Source: Podarcis liolepis
Lineage: Eukaryota
Reading direction: 5' to 3' (one strand)
DNA length: 64,000 nt
Assembly (NCBI GenBank): GCA_965112155.1
Contig: OZ218098.1
Below the pieces are notes generated by a model. That model made no database searches, was not told the origin of the DNA, and saw nothing but the letters and a program-made list of their open reading frames with translations. Below, one piece after another: positions 12,901 through 26,200 of the stretch (positions are counted from its first letter, which is position 1; each line of letters begins with the position of its first letter). The translations under genes and the position numbers were made by a program.

Positions 12901-13239
12901 ACATCTGGACACATTTGCTACCCTGTTGCGGAGGCTGGGTGAGCAAAGAAATAAGCGCACTGGCATTTTGTGGGTTAACAAGTACAACAAAATGGTGCAG
13001 CCTGGAGATTTTCTTGTTTGGCATTCCAGCCATTCCATTTCTCATCTCCCCAGTTTTGTTCCTCCCTCAATGCTCAGTCAGCATTCCAGCACCATTCCAG
13101 CATTCCTGGATTAGAATAGCTCAGCAACAGTTACCTGTGCTCTGGTAACCTCATATTTAGATGGCTGCAACACATTCCATGCACGACTACCTGCAGCTAG
13201 CGGGGAAGGTGGCTGCCACTTTTGTGAGTGGTCCTGTGC

Positions 13240-13470
13240 AAACTGCACTGGTTTGCCAATATGCTATTGGGATCAGTTCAAGGTTTTTGTCACTCACTTA
13301 CAAATCCCTGAATGACTTTGTTCCCAAACACTTAAAACTCTCCTTTATTAGCTGCAGCCTGCAGAGGAAGCCCTCTTCATGATCCCATCACCAAGCATAG
13401 CGCATGGGGTAGTGATGTGGGGAAGGGCCTTATCTGTGGTGGCACCCCATCAATGGCACTCCTTCCCCCT
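13240..13470 (+). mobile_element. Old L2-like LINE fragment
   Basis: Decayed LHWLP...QFKV..LTYKSLN motif. Confidence 0.55.
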
Positions 13471-13572
13471 AGAGTAGGGGTGGGCAGATGCCAGACTTTC
13501 TGGAACCACTTTGGGTTTTTTAATCAAACCCCAGGATCTATGGGTGCAAAAGCTGTAACAGTTAATATCAGA

Positions 13573-13765
13573 TTATTTGGAGCCTGAGTCATTTAGGGCT
13601 TTCAACACCAACATTAGCACCTTGAAGCGGGCCTGGAAATGAACCGGCAACCAACGCAGCTGTTTTAAAACACAGCATCTGGAAGGAACCCCAACCAGCA
13701 TCTGGCTGCTGCACTGTGGACCAACTCAAGTTTCTGAGTCGTCTTCAAGGGCAGCCCCAAGTATA
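13573..13765 (-). mobile_element. Old L2-like LINE fragment, inverted relative to its neighbour
   Basis: YLGLPLKTTQKLELVHSAAAR...LKQLRWLPVHFQARFKVLMLVLKALN. Confidence 0.65.
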
Positions 13766-16700
13766 TGGGCAGGATTCTTTGGAGAAAGTCATGTGCTTTA
13801 AATGTAGAGTGTGTATGTAGCCAGTGACCTGAGGAGAGCTGAACCCTACAGAATGGAAAGTAGGCCAACGTACATGGACTACATTTTTATTCTTCGGCTA
13901 TGATGATGGAATTATCACCAGTCATGGCTGTTGTGAATGTGGTCATTTTGCATAAATTAAGCTTTACATAGATTGTACTTTTTGTATTTTATTACCCCGC
14001 TGTTGTGCTGTTCACAAGACACCTCCCCCACCCCCCGTCTATACCCGTAGATATTTTATACAGCTGTCAAACGTGGGCTCCGATCCATGAAGGCTGGTGC
14101 CATAATAAACCTGTTAGTCACAAACCCCTTTATTCAATTCTTAAGGGGGGGAAAAACATCCCTCAGTCTCCCGAAACAGTCAAAATAGTGACAACGATTT
14201 ACCAGGGACTTGAAAACAGAGATTGCTCTTGATAAATAAGAACAGTTGGAACATTTGCTGTATATTTCACACATTCGTGCACAGGATGCAGATATTCATT
14301 TCCTCCACCCTTCCACATTTTGGGGAACATGGTTTTTTCATCTAAAAAAGGAAGCAGCTGACATTTTCTAAGCTGACAGGAATTTTAAAAGGGCCTAATG
14401 CAGAGAGCACTAGTGTCGAGGAGAACACTCCCTTCACCAGGATTTCCTTTGATATCATCATCATGGCAAGGACCCCAGACTGGCTGTGGCCTGTCCCACC
14501 TTGTACACAGGCCTGCACCTTGGGGAGAAAGACCCGGCCAGGGTGCTGACTATGACATCACCAGCTTTGTGCCTAGGAAGCCTTGAGGGGAGAAGGGAGC
14601 GACCAAACTGCAACCTGACCCCCCTTGTTTAGCTCTCTGGGTGTCTGTCCACAAGGCTAAGTTGCTTAAGATAGGCTGTGTCATTCACAGCACAGCCTCT
14701 TCTCCTCCCTGCAGTGCCATGACCTTCAAGGGACACGGGCCTGGCCTGGCATTTTCCCAGCCGCAGTTTAACAATAACATGGAAGGGGAGCTGCGGCAAG
14801 CTCCTGACTTTATTGTTTTAACTCTTTTTAACTGTTATGTTTTCAATTTTTTCTATATTTTAACTGGGGAAGCTTTAATACCCCCAATGGCTTTGCTATT
14901 GTGCATTTTAATTATGTATTGAGTTTATAGCTCTAAACCACTTAGAAGCCATTTTGGAATATAAGAAGTATATAAATCAATAAATGACATAACAACAACA
15001 ATCATTAAGGGAGAGTCTCTTTGAGTCCCAAACCTCACGTGTAGCTAAGTGTCTGCATACTTCCTATCTGCACTTAAAGACTATATATAAATAATGCCTA
15101 GTGTACATTTACCAAATGTGTACCTACAATGAACAGTGTGCCTTGAAATGTACCTCCTGCTCCAATCACAGCCTATGGTGTTAAGGTCTGAATGCCGCTT
15201 TGAAAATGCAAAAATGGTTATGTTATTATGAAAAGGTACCCAAAATTCCTCAGCATGCAGCGCATGCAGCATCCCCAGAACCGCCTAGGTACTTGCTCAT
15301 GCCACTTGCTTGCTGCTTCATTCATGGTTTGCGTAATGTAAAAGAAAGTGTACATATTTGCATCTGTCAAACACTGAAGCGTAGGAGTGAGCCAGAGTCC
15401 CAGAAAGGCATAAGCTCCATGCATAACACATGTATATGCGCAAGCTGAACAAAAGGTGAAAGCCATTAGCACAGTAGAAGTACAAAAAATACCGGGAGGC
15501 ACCAGATTTCGTTCAACAGACAAGCCTATAAGAAACAGCCTGCTATCCTGCTGCTTTTACAAGAACAAGGTGATGGAGTGTGCCAAATAATGCTCACCTC
15601 TGTGTGTGTTTTTTCTGGCAGAGCTCCTGAGCTTTTAACACGGGGGTGGGAACTTGAAGCCCTCCAGCTGTTGTGGGGACTTCCCATCCCTGCTTTAGCA
15701 GCTGCAGGTAGGTAGAATTTCAGCTAGTAAAAGCTCAGTCCCTTCAGGTAAAAAGTTTCACCTGCTGGTTTACTGGCTGCCATGCAGCAGTTAAAAAATC
15801 ACAAGGGGTGGGGAAATTGGACAGCCCTGATACCAGCATGTATCATTTACTAATGATCTCCAGCCACAAACACCTGCACAAGAGGCAACCTTAAAATGAA
15901 CCATAATTTTAATGTGAAAGAGCAGCATGCTGGTACATGATGCTCAGAAGTTCCCTTGGCGCTACTCTCCCATTCCAGCTGCTGCCACACCATGAATGAA
16001 ACAAGTCACAATATGGCTCATCACATCGTCCAAACCTGGGCTCGTGGTTTGTTTCTCCCAAACAAACAACTGTCAGTAAGTGAAGAACAAACCTTGGTTA
16101 CCACTTATGTTTGTTTGGAGAAAAACAAACCATGAGCCTGGGTTCAGACGACACAAAAAAGCAGACTCTGGCCTGTTTCATTCATGGCTTTGCAGCAGTA
16201 ACAGCAGGGAAGGAGCTCCGTGGAAGCTTCTGAACAGTATGCACCATCATGCTCCTTATTCCCATAAAACAATAGTTTGTTTTAGACTATGGTTTAATAT
16301 AATATGCAAACCAATCACAAAACACTAGAACCAGAAGATTAGCCAAAGTGCACATAAGACTACACATTCTAAACAAACTGTCTTTCAACACACTAAAGAC
16401 CAATACATCTCACAGGGTGGCCAGGTGAACGAATGGGCAAGATTTCCCCAGCATTAACTACTGTGTAGAAGAGTGAATTTCAGCTAGATTTTTATGCACA
16501 AAGGTGCAGGCAGCCTGTCCTCTTTGCTGTGTGCCCAGCCTACATCTATTATTCCATAACCAAGACCAATTTCATCAGCTGCAAGCCTGCAACTTACAAA
16601 ACAGTTCAAGCTACCAGAGGCCACACACACAAAGTTCTGAATGGCTTCTAAAGGCTTTTAAAAAATTCATTAATTTTGAATGTGAAGCTAAGTGCTCTCA

Positions 16701-16980
16701 CTCAATCAAACCAGCAGGAGCGCTGATTGCTGCCTGAGCATACTCAGCCAGCCTCTGCCACAAACTACTGCCATGGGGTTTGTGTTGGGGCCAATTTATA
16801 CATTTGATTTCGGCATAATCAAATGGTAAATCTTTTCTCTCTCTTTTTCCAGGAACATACAGGGTGCAAGTGGAGAAATCACATGTTTAATAAATCACTA
16901 CCTCCTGTTAAAATACTTCAATTTTTGCACATTGAGAAGGAAAATACTGGAGAGAATTGCTCAGCCTATAGCCTGCTTCC

Positions 16981-17008
16981 CAAACAAACAAACAAACAAA
17001 CAAACAAA
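16981..17008 (+). repeat. (CAAA)n microsatellite
   Basis: About 7 units, directly visible. Confidence 0.93.
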
Positions 17009-19899
17009 CATATTTTCCTGTGTACAGAGCCATTTTTTTCCTTTTCTTTGTTAGGGAGCATTTAACTATCCAGGCCATTTTCTACACTGACTGTGCTCGA
17101 TGCAGTTTAACCACCATAGAAATGCCCTCCATTTCGCATATTGTGTTAATATCAGCAATAAAACAAAAAAAACCATCATCAAACCATTACTAACCACCAA
17201 GACGACATCAGTGAAACACAATACACAAAATGCCGGAGGCTTGCAAAAAGAACAGCTGAGCAGCTAGGCGGCATCTCTCCTTTTCTGTCAAGTGGGACCT
17301 GCCCAGCCCTAAAAGGTGGTCATGCCAGCCATCCACCCCCATCCTGAGAGCACAGTACTGGCAGTTCCATACATTCAGGATCAAAGCTACTTTGAGTTGG
17401 TGCTGCATATCATGGTACAATACAGCAAACCCCCCCCAATAGTGGTATAGAAGACGAAATTTCAGTGGCCATGGTTTGTCGTGGAAGTTTACATCTACTG
17501 AATTCTCTCTTCTGCACAATTATTAAAGGTGCAGGGACCCTGTCCTTCTTTGTTGCATCTGACCCAAGGCTGAGGGAAGGTTTTCCTTAGTAAAGGGAAT
17601 CAATTCCACATTCTGTAGTTTTTCCTCTCTTTTTTGGACTTATGTAGAATCACAACAGGTATGCCGCACTGGTTACGTATGGAATATGAGCATGGAGCAG
17701 CTTGAAGTGATATTTGCTTTCCTGTCAATAGATTTTCAATGCCCCCAACTCATTTCTGCTACCTTTGTAGGGGCGACCCCAGTCGGCAAATTTTGACTTG
17801 CTTTGTTAGCTAGTCAAAATGTCTGGCTGCAAGGACCTTGTTCCTCCTCCCAGGGTTGCCCCTGACCTCATATTGCCCTTCTGAAGTGTCATTTCAGATG
17901 AAGGGACCATTTGCAGCTTCCTTTCCTAGCAGTTGTTCTCTTCCCTGGAGGTACTCAGAGGGCCTCTGGACAATCCCCACCTCCATTTCAAGTCCTGGGG
18001 CTTATTTGAAAGTTCCACCTCTGAGCAGAGTGGCCAGTCGGAAGCAGGGCCTGCCCTGCCATTGGGCTGAGAAAAGCAGCCATTTCAGGCAGTGGATGCT
18101 GAGAGAGTGGGGAGAATGATGGCAAGATGCTGGAGGGCTAAGATGTATGTATGCCATGTGGTGTACCCCACTGCCCAGAAACTAGCCTGTTGCTCTCAGG
18201 AGCAGTGAAGGACAGTCTCTCATCACCAGTGCTGAGGTAGAATTCAATGCCAGGCTGCTATGTCAGCTGTGAAAGGGCAGTTGGAACCATCTTGTCCTTT
18301 GCCTTAGGCAGCAAAATGTCTTGGACTGGCCCTGGATGGGAATATAGGACAGGGCTCCTGCACCCTGACTGGTGCTGCTGAATTTTCCTCTTCTACACAA
18401 CTACTAAAGGTGCAGGAGCACCTTCCTCTTCCACATCTGGTTGCTCTGCTTCTAATATGCTTTGTGAACCAGAACTACAAGCCCCAATATTTTTCTTTTC
18501 TGAGCCAGAGAGGAAGCCTTTTTTTCCACTCCCAGGAAGCAAAGCACCAAAACCTTTCTAACCTTGGAGTTGGAGAGCAGAATGGGAAAGATTATCCCCA
18601 GAGTGCTGTGCTGCACTTCTGAAATGCTCTGAGTATAATTAGTTATAACAAGAACCTCATTCAGCTCTCACTTTCCCTGCCTGCTATTCAAAATCTCTCC
18701 AGATTCTCCTATTCAGAAACTCAAGAGATGTAACTTTATTTTCCCTGTCAATTGACTGCACAGCGTTTTCATGAAAAGTTCTCGGTCTAAGGTGTTCATT
18801 TTGCATTGTTTTTAAACTTATCTATGCCTTTTGCATAGTTTTAAAAACCATTTTAAAGGCACTTTCAGACAACCTGTTTATTGAGCATACATCCTGATTT
18901 GTTTGCAGGCATATTAGGCAATGTTGGCCATTTAATAAACATTCATTAAAATTTGTTTGCAGGGAGGTTAGGCAACTCTGTATCAAAACAAGGGATACAC
19001 AACACTTTCCAGGGCTTTCCCCCACAATTTTCCTGATGGAAAAAGTCTTATCTTTAGGGCAAGCGGATTTCTGGGTCAAGGCCTCTCAATCAACTAGAAC
19101 TGTGCAACCTGGATTTGCCAACATGTGATTGAAATCCCATTCAAAGTGCACTGAATTGTTTTTATTGTATGTTTGTAAGTCGCCTTGAGACTTGTGTGAA
19201 AGTTGACTAATGATAATAATAATAATATCTGGCTCTGGGTGAGTATTGCCAGCTTCATTGGGTGTGTTTGGTGGAGACACCCTCCCTCGTCTCCCCCCCC
19301 CCCCTTGCCCTGAAGGTGGTGAAACATGTCAGGAGCCAGCGGGAGTGGGGAGAGAGAAGAAGGCGGCCATGTTCTCAGGCATGAGACGGCAACACTCAGA
19401 GAAAAGCCTAGATGCCTGAGGAGGGTTCAGTGCAATGTTCTAGTGTAAGCACTATATTTACTCCCCTTGTGGGCCTGGCACTTGCCCTCTGCCTGGTGTG
19501 TAACACAAGCTCTGGCTGCCCCGCTAGAATCTGAGGGGCTGGCACATTCCGTCGCAAAAATAGCCACCAAACCCCAAGCGAGAGGCTGACTGACTGGACA
19601 GCTGCAACAGACAGAGCTGTCACACAGCAACTGGGACTAGCAATGCATTTGGGACGTGCCGCCCCCTCCCCCCGGCAGCATGTGGAGGGGTTGTTCTTGG
19701 CCCAGGGATGCTTCCAGTTGGACAGCGCCAAAGTCACTCAGTTTGACACATCTGGAGGGCCAGGAGACCATTTTGACTACCACTTATGCCGGATTTTAGT
19801 CCACTTATCCGCTTGTGCTTCTGATGAGGAGGAGAAATGGGGGTTGCACTATGGCATGAAGACGTTTTAAAAGCAGAGAAAGAGCAATAATGTAAAGCA

Positions 19900-20770
19900 C
19901 ATAGAATCATAGAATCATAGAATCATAGAGTTGGAAGAGACCACAAGGGCCATCGAGTCCAACCCCCTGCCAAGCAGGAAACACCATCAGAGCACTCCTG
20001 ACATATGGTTGTCAAGCCTCTGCTTAAAGACCTCCAAAGTAGGAGACTCCACCACACTCCTTGGCAGCAAATTCCACTGTCGAACAGCTCTTACTGTCAG
20101 GAAGTTCTTCCTAATGTTTAGGTGGAATCTTCTTTCTTGTAGTTTGGATCCATTGCTCCGTGTCCGCTTCTCTGGAGCAGCAGAAAACAACCTTTCTCCT
20201 TCCTCTATGTGACATCCTTTTATATATTTGAACATGGCTATCATATCACCCCTTAACCTCCTCTTCTCCAGGCTAAACATGCCCAGCTCCCTTAGCCGTT
20301 CCTCATAAGGCATCGTTTCCAGGCCTTTTACCATTTTGGTTGCCCTCCTCTGGACACGTTCCAGTTTGTCAGTGTCCTTCTTGAATTGTGGTGCCCAGAA
20401 CTGGACACAGTACTCCAGGTGTGGTCTGACCAGAGCAGAATACAGTGGCACTATTACTTCCCTTGATCTAGATGCTATACTCCTATTGATGCAGCCCAGA
20501 ATTGCATTGGCTTTTTTAGCTGCTGCGTCACACTGTTGGCTCATGTCAAGTTTGTGGTCAACCAAGACTCCTAGATCCTTTTCACATGTACTGCTCTCAA
20601 GCCAGGTGTCACCCATCTTGTATTTGTGCCTCTCATTTTTTTTGCCCAAGTGCAATACTTTACATTTCTCCCTGTTAAAATTCATCTTGTTTGTTTTTGC
20701 CCAGTTCTCTAATCTGTCAAGGTCGTTTTGAAGTGTGATCCTGTCCTCTGGGGTGTTAGCCACCCCTCCC
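19900..20770 (-). mobile_element. 5'-truncated CR1 LINE (C-terminal part of ORF2 plus 3'UTR and microsatellite tail)
   Basis: About 260 uninterrupted codons (LQNDLDRLENWA...EKDLGVLVD...RPHLEYCVQFWAP...LEKRRLRGDMI) and an (ATTCTATG)n tail at 19900-19928. Confidence 0.96.
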
Positions 20771-21400
20771 TGCTTTTTGACTGTCTTGGTCTTGAGGTGC
20801 AACTGTGCTATTAGATCCTTAACTGATAGGGTGGGAACCCAAATGGGTTCAGTGTCCAATAGGATGCAATAAGCAGGCTATCCGAACCCTGTTCTCCAGC
20901 TACGTTAATAGCTCCCTGGCAGTCATGCACATCTGTACAATAGAAGTCCTGTCAGTGACTTGTTTGGAAAGAGGTTGTGCCTTTTGAACTATGAATCTTG
21001 ATGGATCCGAAACCTTTGCATCACTTTGGAACTATTTAGTTTATTAGCCACATCTTTGCATTTGTATTTCAGCAGTCCTAAGCAGGACTTAGGACACAGG
21101 CCCAGGACACAAATTTGCATTAACACTTGCATGTGCTAATTTATATGTCTGCTCAGCCACCCCCAACATTGTGCTTTACAGTACACCCAGCTTCCCTGTA
21201 AGCAAAGTGAAAACATGAATCACTGACTTTTTAAAAGAGGAGGAAGAGGCAGAAGATACAGGGCACAATGCAAAATGCTGGGGCTAAGTCCCTTATAACC
21301 CAGACTCTTTCCCCAAAGTGTTTAGGATTTAAATTGCTGTTTTTAATTTGCGGATATCTAAGACGGGAAAAAATAGCAGATTTTAATATAGTCTACAACA

Positions 21401-21530
21401 NNNNNNNNNNNNNNNNNNNNNNNNNNNNNNNNNNNNNNNNNNNNNNNNNNNNNNNNNNNNNNNNNNNNNNNNNNNNNNNNNNNNNNNNNNNNNNNNNNNN
21501 NNNNNNNNNNNNNNNNNNNNNNNNNNNNNN
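21401..21530. other. Assembly gap (130 N)
   Basis: Run of N. Confidence 1.
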
Positions 21531-22984
21531 TTTCCTTGTGCATCTTGGTAATAAGTTGATTTCTTTTTTTAAAAGAAAGAGAATGGAAACCTTGGAGTTA
21601 TCCCATTTTATCCTCACATCAAACCTGTGAAGCAGGTTAAATACCACCCAATTGTGGTTGGAGCTTCCTTTCTCTCGGGGAAGGAGGAGGAAAGCAAACT
21701 GTTTCAACACAACATGACATGCAACACCTGTGGGGCATTAGAAGTGAGGCTACATCTGCAGCAGGGGCGTAAGTATGGTTTGCCCATACATACTCCTGCC
21801 ACCTTCGATCAAAGTCAGCATGTTATTAGTAGAGGTCTCCACAAGGGGAGTTTTGACACTTTTGAGCATCCAGTCTAGAAAAACATCCTGATGCTGGTTA
21901 GTCAACAAAAGCAAAATTGAGCCGATTATATCAGTAGGGACAATGCTGGGAACACATAATGAATCATATTATGAGGAGTTTGGGGGATCGGTCTGGGCTC
22001 CTTCCAAATCTTGGGATCTGGGTGTGGGGATTCGGTGGAATGTATAAGAGAAAGCTTGCCAAAGCAGTTCCTTTGTCAAGGTAAGTGCCATAAACAAAGA
22101 AGAACAAAAGCCAGAGAAATGTGTGAGAGCTGAGCTGGGAGCTGGAGGCAGAGAGAGACATGTTTTTGCTCTGTGTTGGATTCAGAGCTGTAACTAATTG
22201 AGAAGCAAGTGTGAATGCTGTGAGCTCCTCCATCTTATGCTCGGGTTGCACTTATGTGCAAATCAAACCATATAGCCTAAAAACACCACAGTTGACCTTC
22301 ATTCCATGGAAACTGAACACTGGATAAGTGGTGGAACTCCTGGAGTCTCTTACTGCTCAGAGGCTGAGTTGGCATTTAACAGTATGAACCATATGAAACA
22401 AAGAAAAGTGATCAAGCACAGCAGGTGCAGAGAGGATCAATGATAATCTAAGGCGTGTGGGAAGCCTATCTGTGTTTGTAGCATGGAAAAGCAGATCAAA
22501 GAAGAGCTAACCCTAATCTCCTGTCTAGGCAGCTAGTCCTGGGTACTAAAAAAATAAAAAAAAATAAAAAAAAACACTGAGAAGAATGTAGAGACTGCCA
22601 GCATGGGTCAACACTGGAATACAGTCTGCAATGGGATGTGAAATAGCATATATGGCATCTTTCACTATTAAATAATTATAACAAACCCATACACATTTAG
22701 GATTAGGAAACATGGCCTCTAGGGAGAGGATGTTACATATGGGAATTTTCACACACACAAATTTGGTAACAGAAACGGCAACAAACCCACCACCTCTTTT
22801 TCATTGTTCCTAATCCTTTCTTCAACACATGCACACACAACTTGCTCACTCTTGCACAAAATTACAGTGCACATATGCCAGGATATTCACACATAAACAC
22901 ATGTTCTCCCCCCACCCGATCCCTACATCCTGGTCATGCACAAACACACACCCATTGGGGTACACATTTATTGAGATCTACTGT

Positions 22985-23231
22985 TCTGCCAACCTGGCAG
23001 TTCAAAAGCATGCCAAAGTGCAAGTAGATAAATAGGTACCGCTCCGGCGGGAAGGTAAACAGTGTTTCCGTGCGCTGCTCTGGTTCGCCAGAAGCGGCTT
23101 AGTCATGCTGGCCACATGACCCAGAAGCTGTATGCCGGCTCCCTCGGCCAATAAAGCGAGATGAGCGCCGCAACCCCAGAGTCGGTCATGACTGGACCTA
23201 ATAGTCAGGGGTCCCTTTACCTTTAGCTTTA
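22985..23231 (+). mobile_element. 5'-truncated Sauria-type SINE with target site duplication
   Basis: Characteristic body (GTAGATAAATAGGTACCGCTCCGGCGGGAAGGTAAAC...), ACCTTT-type tail, TACTGTTCTG repeated at 22979-22988 and 23230-23239. Confidence 0.88.
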
Positions 23232-26200
23232 CTGTTCTGTTAGATAGGCCCTTCTGGTGGAAAAGGAAAGTTTGTCACCTCGTACCCCTCCAATTTTCTC
23301 TTTTAATTCTCTAGTGACAGTTTGGTGGGGGTTATTTGTCAGCAAGGGAACAGGGTGAACTCAGGCAGAGCCACACCATACATTTAAAGCACATTCAATA
23401 CACATTTCAAGAACATAGCTTTCCCCCAAAGAATCCTGGGAACTGTAGTTTGCTAAGGGTGTGCGGAATTGTAGCTCCTTGAGGGCTTGATTGACAAGTT
23501 AAATGTTAAAGAGTGCCATTGTCCTGTTCTCTTTTTCACATGGTCAATCTACATTACCTTCTGAAGAGAGAGGCCCACTGTCTCAGTTTGCCCTAGAGAA
23601 GGCATGACCTACACTGGATTAAACTCAATGCTTTTCTGTGAAGGCTGCCACTCCCCTGCCCCCCTGCTTCTGGCAGTCATTTTGTGCTGGCGCCTACAAC
23701 ACTTTTATCATGATCTGTATCAGCACCTTACTTTTGACCAAAACACTAATTAGACTGGATTATTCCATTGTTTTCATTATTCTGGTGTTAATTGCCCCCA
23801 AGCAATTGAGGGGGTCTCTGCTTAGAAAAGCACACCATGCCTACCATAGAATAGACCTACCTTTTCAGAAACCTGCAAATCTCAACTTTCTCCTCACAAT
23901 TAGCAGCTCTCTTGTTGCAGAGAGAGTGGGTGAGTGATTCATGTCAAAGCCTCAGAACAAGCAGGTGTGGAGAACTCAAAGCCGAGGATCTGAGGACTCA
24001 CCACATTCCTGGAGGGGGACAACATAAATAGGCTGCCCAGGTAGTTTTACTGGCACTTAAGTCTTGTTCCACCCATTGCAGATTAGACATGGGTCACTCC
24101 CCTTTTGGTCTTTCCATTCTTTAGCAGAGTGCAGACTTCTTGCACCTTATAGACTTCACTCCTTAGCCATTCTAGCCTCACATTCACTATATGATACTCT
24201 TATTTCTCTCCCCCCTCCCCTTATGATCTGACTTATTCACACTATCACTTGACCCATATATTGACCATCTTGTGTACTGATCAATTCTCCCAGGTATAAA
24301 GCTTTCTCATTCCTCCACAGCTGTTCCTTGTTAAAATCCTATCTTAGCTGCTGAACTGAAGCTCAGTTAAGCAAAATCTTTGGATTTTCTATGCATCTGA
24401 TAAGATCCACTTCAGTGGGCAAGATTGGATTTTCACAAAGCATAGCTTCAGAACAATGAGAAACGTGCTCCGAGCTGGGAGAAGTGATCAATACACAATA
24501 CAGTCAAAATACGGGTCAAGCAAATGTGTGGGTGAGCCCCTTGTCTCATCTTTTCAGCAAATGCCTTGGCCCAACTCTCTGAAGATCCAGCTTCTTCTCC
24601 TCCTTTTTGAGAGCATGTTAATATTTATCTGCCTCCATTGTACTCCGACTGCTAGTTTGTGAAGCCGCACTTACAAGACCTTAGCCACAAGCCCTATGAA
24701 TCCTCTAGCTCAAAGCACTTTTTCTTCAAACCAGTTTCCATTTGACCAGAAAACTTGCCTTAAGACGCTGGAGACAGGTGCCAACCATGGTACCTCTCAG
24801 AGGATTCCCCGAGAAGGATCTGAAATTGGATCTCCCACTCCACACACACCCTCTTTAAAACAGCTTGGTGGGGGACTGTTTTCAATCAGCGCAGTGGTGG
24901 GGATCTTTAAGCTCTTCCCTTGTCTTATTTCCCATATGTACCTCACCCCCCCCCTTGCTACAGAACGAAACAAGGCAAGTACCTGTATGCTGGAATCATG
25001 GAGTTGGCAGGGACATCAAAGGTCCAACCCCTGCCAATGTAGAAAATCTGCTACAGCAATCCCTGGTCAGTTGGGTGCCTCCCCCACCCTGTAGGGTCAA
25101 TTACGGGTTTTGAGGAGTCATTAGGCTGGGGAAACAGTGGGAGGGGTAGCATTAAAACTGCTCCAGTCAGACTATGCATGTGTGCGTGTGTACATACCCT
25201 GTACATACACATTTGCTTTAAAGGGAAAGCATGAGAAACCTAGTCACACGGATCTTCCACATTTGCTTCAACCCTAATTCTACCTCACATCAAGAAAGGG
25301 AAGAGCAGGGCATAGGCAATGTGGATTGCGGAGGGGAAAGGGCAGAAGGCCCTGCAGCTGCATCCTGTTTTGGTGCCTCAGAACACTGAAAGGCAGAGGC
25401 ACTTTTTTCCAAATGAGAACTTGGCACCTGTTCTAATGCAACCTAAGGCCCCTTTTCTGCCCTTCTGCCCCTGTTTTCACATGTACATTTGAACAAATAA
25501 AGATGGCTAGCCAGAAAATACAAATGCATAGATATGTATGCATTTGCAAACGTGCATACGGGTTTGTTAAAGCATTCTGGTTTTGATCCTTTGCTTCCAG
25601 GCAAATACCTGCACAGTTTATTGTGCTGGCTGTGGTCCACAGCCTGGCAGCTGTCCAGTTTCAAACCTCTTCTTTCCGTAGAGCCTCTTGAGGCAGGCAA
25701 ATGACTTGCCTATGATGCTGTGCTCCCAAAAAATGCTGTCCCAGTGCTGACACCTGAAAAATCCAGGTCCCCATGTCACCCTCCTTAAAAGAGTAACTAT
25801 CTCAGATGTGGGATCTCCACCCACCCAGTATAACTACGTAGGACAATGGCAAAGGTACCAGGAGATCAATCATCACCTGGCACAGAAACTCTGAGCCTCA
25901 CCAGCAATGTTGCTCGCTGCTAGGTTTTTTCTCTGCTCCTGCAGAGCCATGATGCTGTCTTGTCCCACGTATGGGGGCACTGGAAGTGGGCCCTCAATCC
26001 CATAATTATGAAGGGGACAGTCGTGCAGCATGCCAACCCCTCCCTGCTGCCCTTGTTAAGCTAATCAGCCCTGAAGTCAGCACCTGTGAAGGTTGGCAAG
26101 GCAGAGCAGAGCACAGGACTAGGTGTTCTTGCAAGGTTTGTCCCCAAGGATGGCACTGCAGCATGGATACAAAAAGGCTGGGCACCAAGTCAGAAAGAGA

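Noticed and set aside
19720-19729. GGACAGCGCC as a REST site
   Set aside because: Right half-site only, with no TCAGCACC left half at a suitable distance.
19987-20859. 290-aa ORF as a host gene
   Set aside because: It is a truncated CR1 ORF2 remnant; the first ~30 residues come from flanking DNA and the catalytic RT core is absent.
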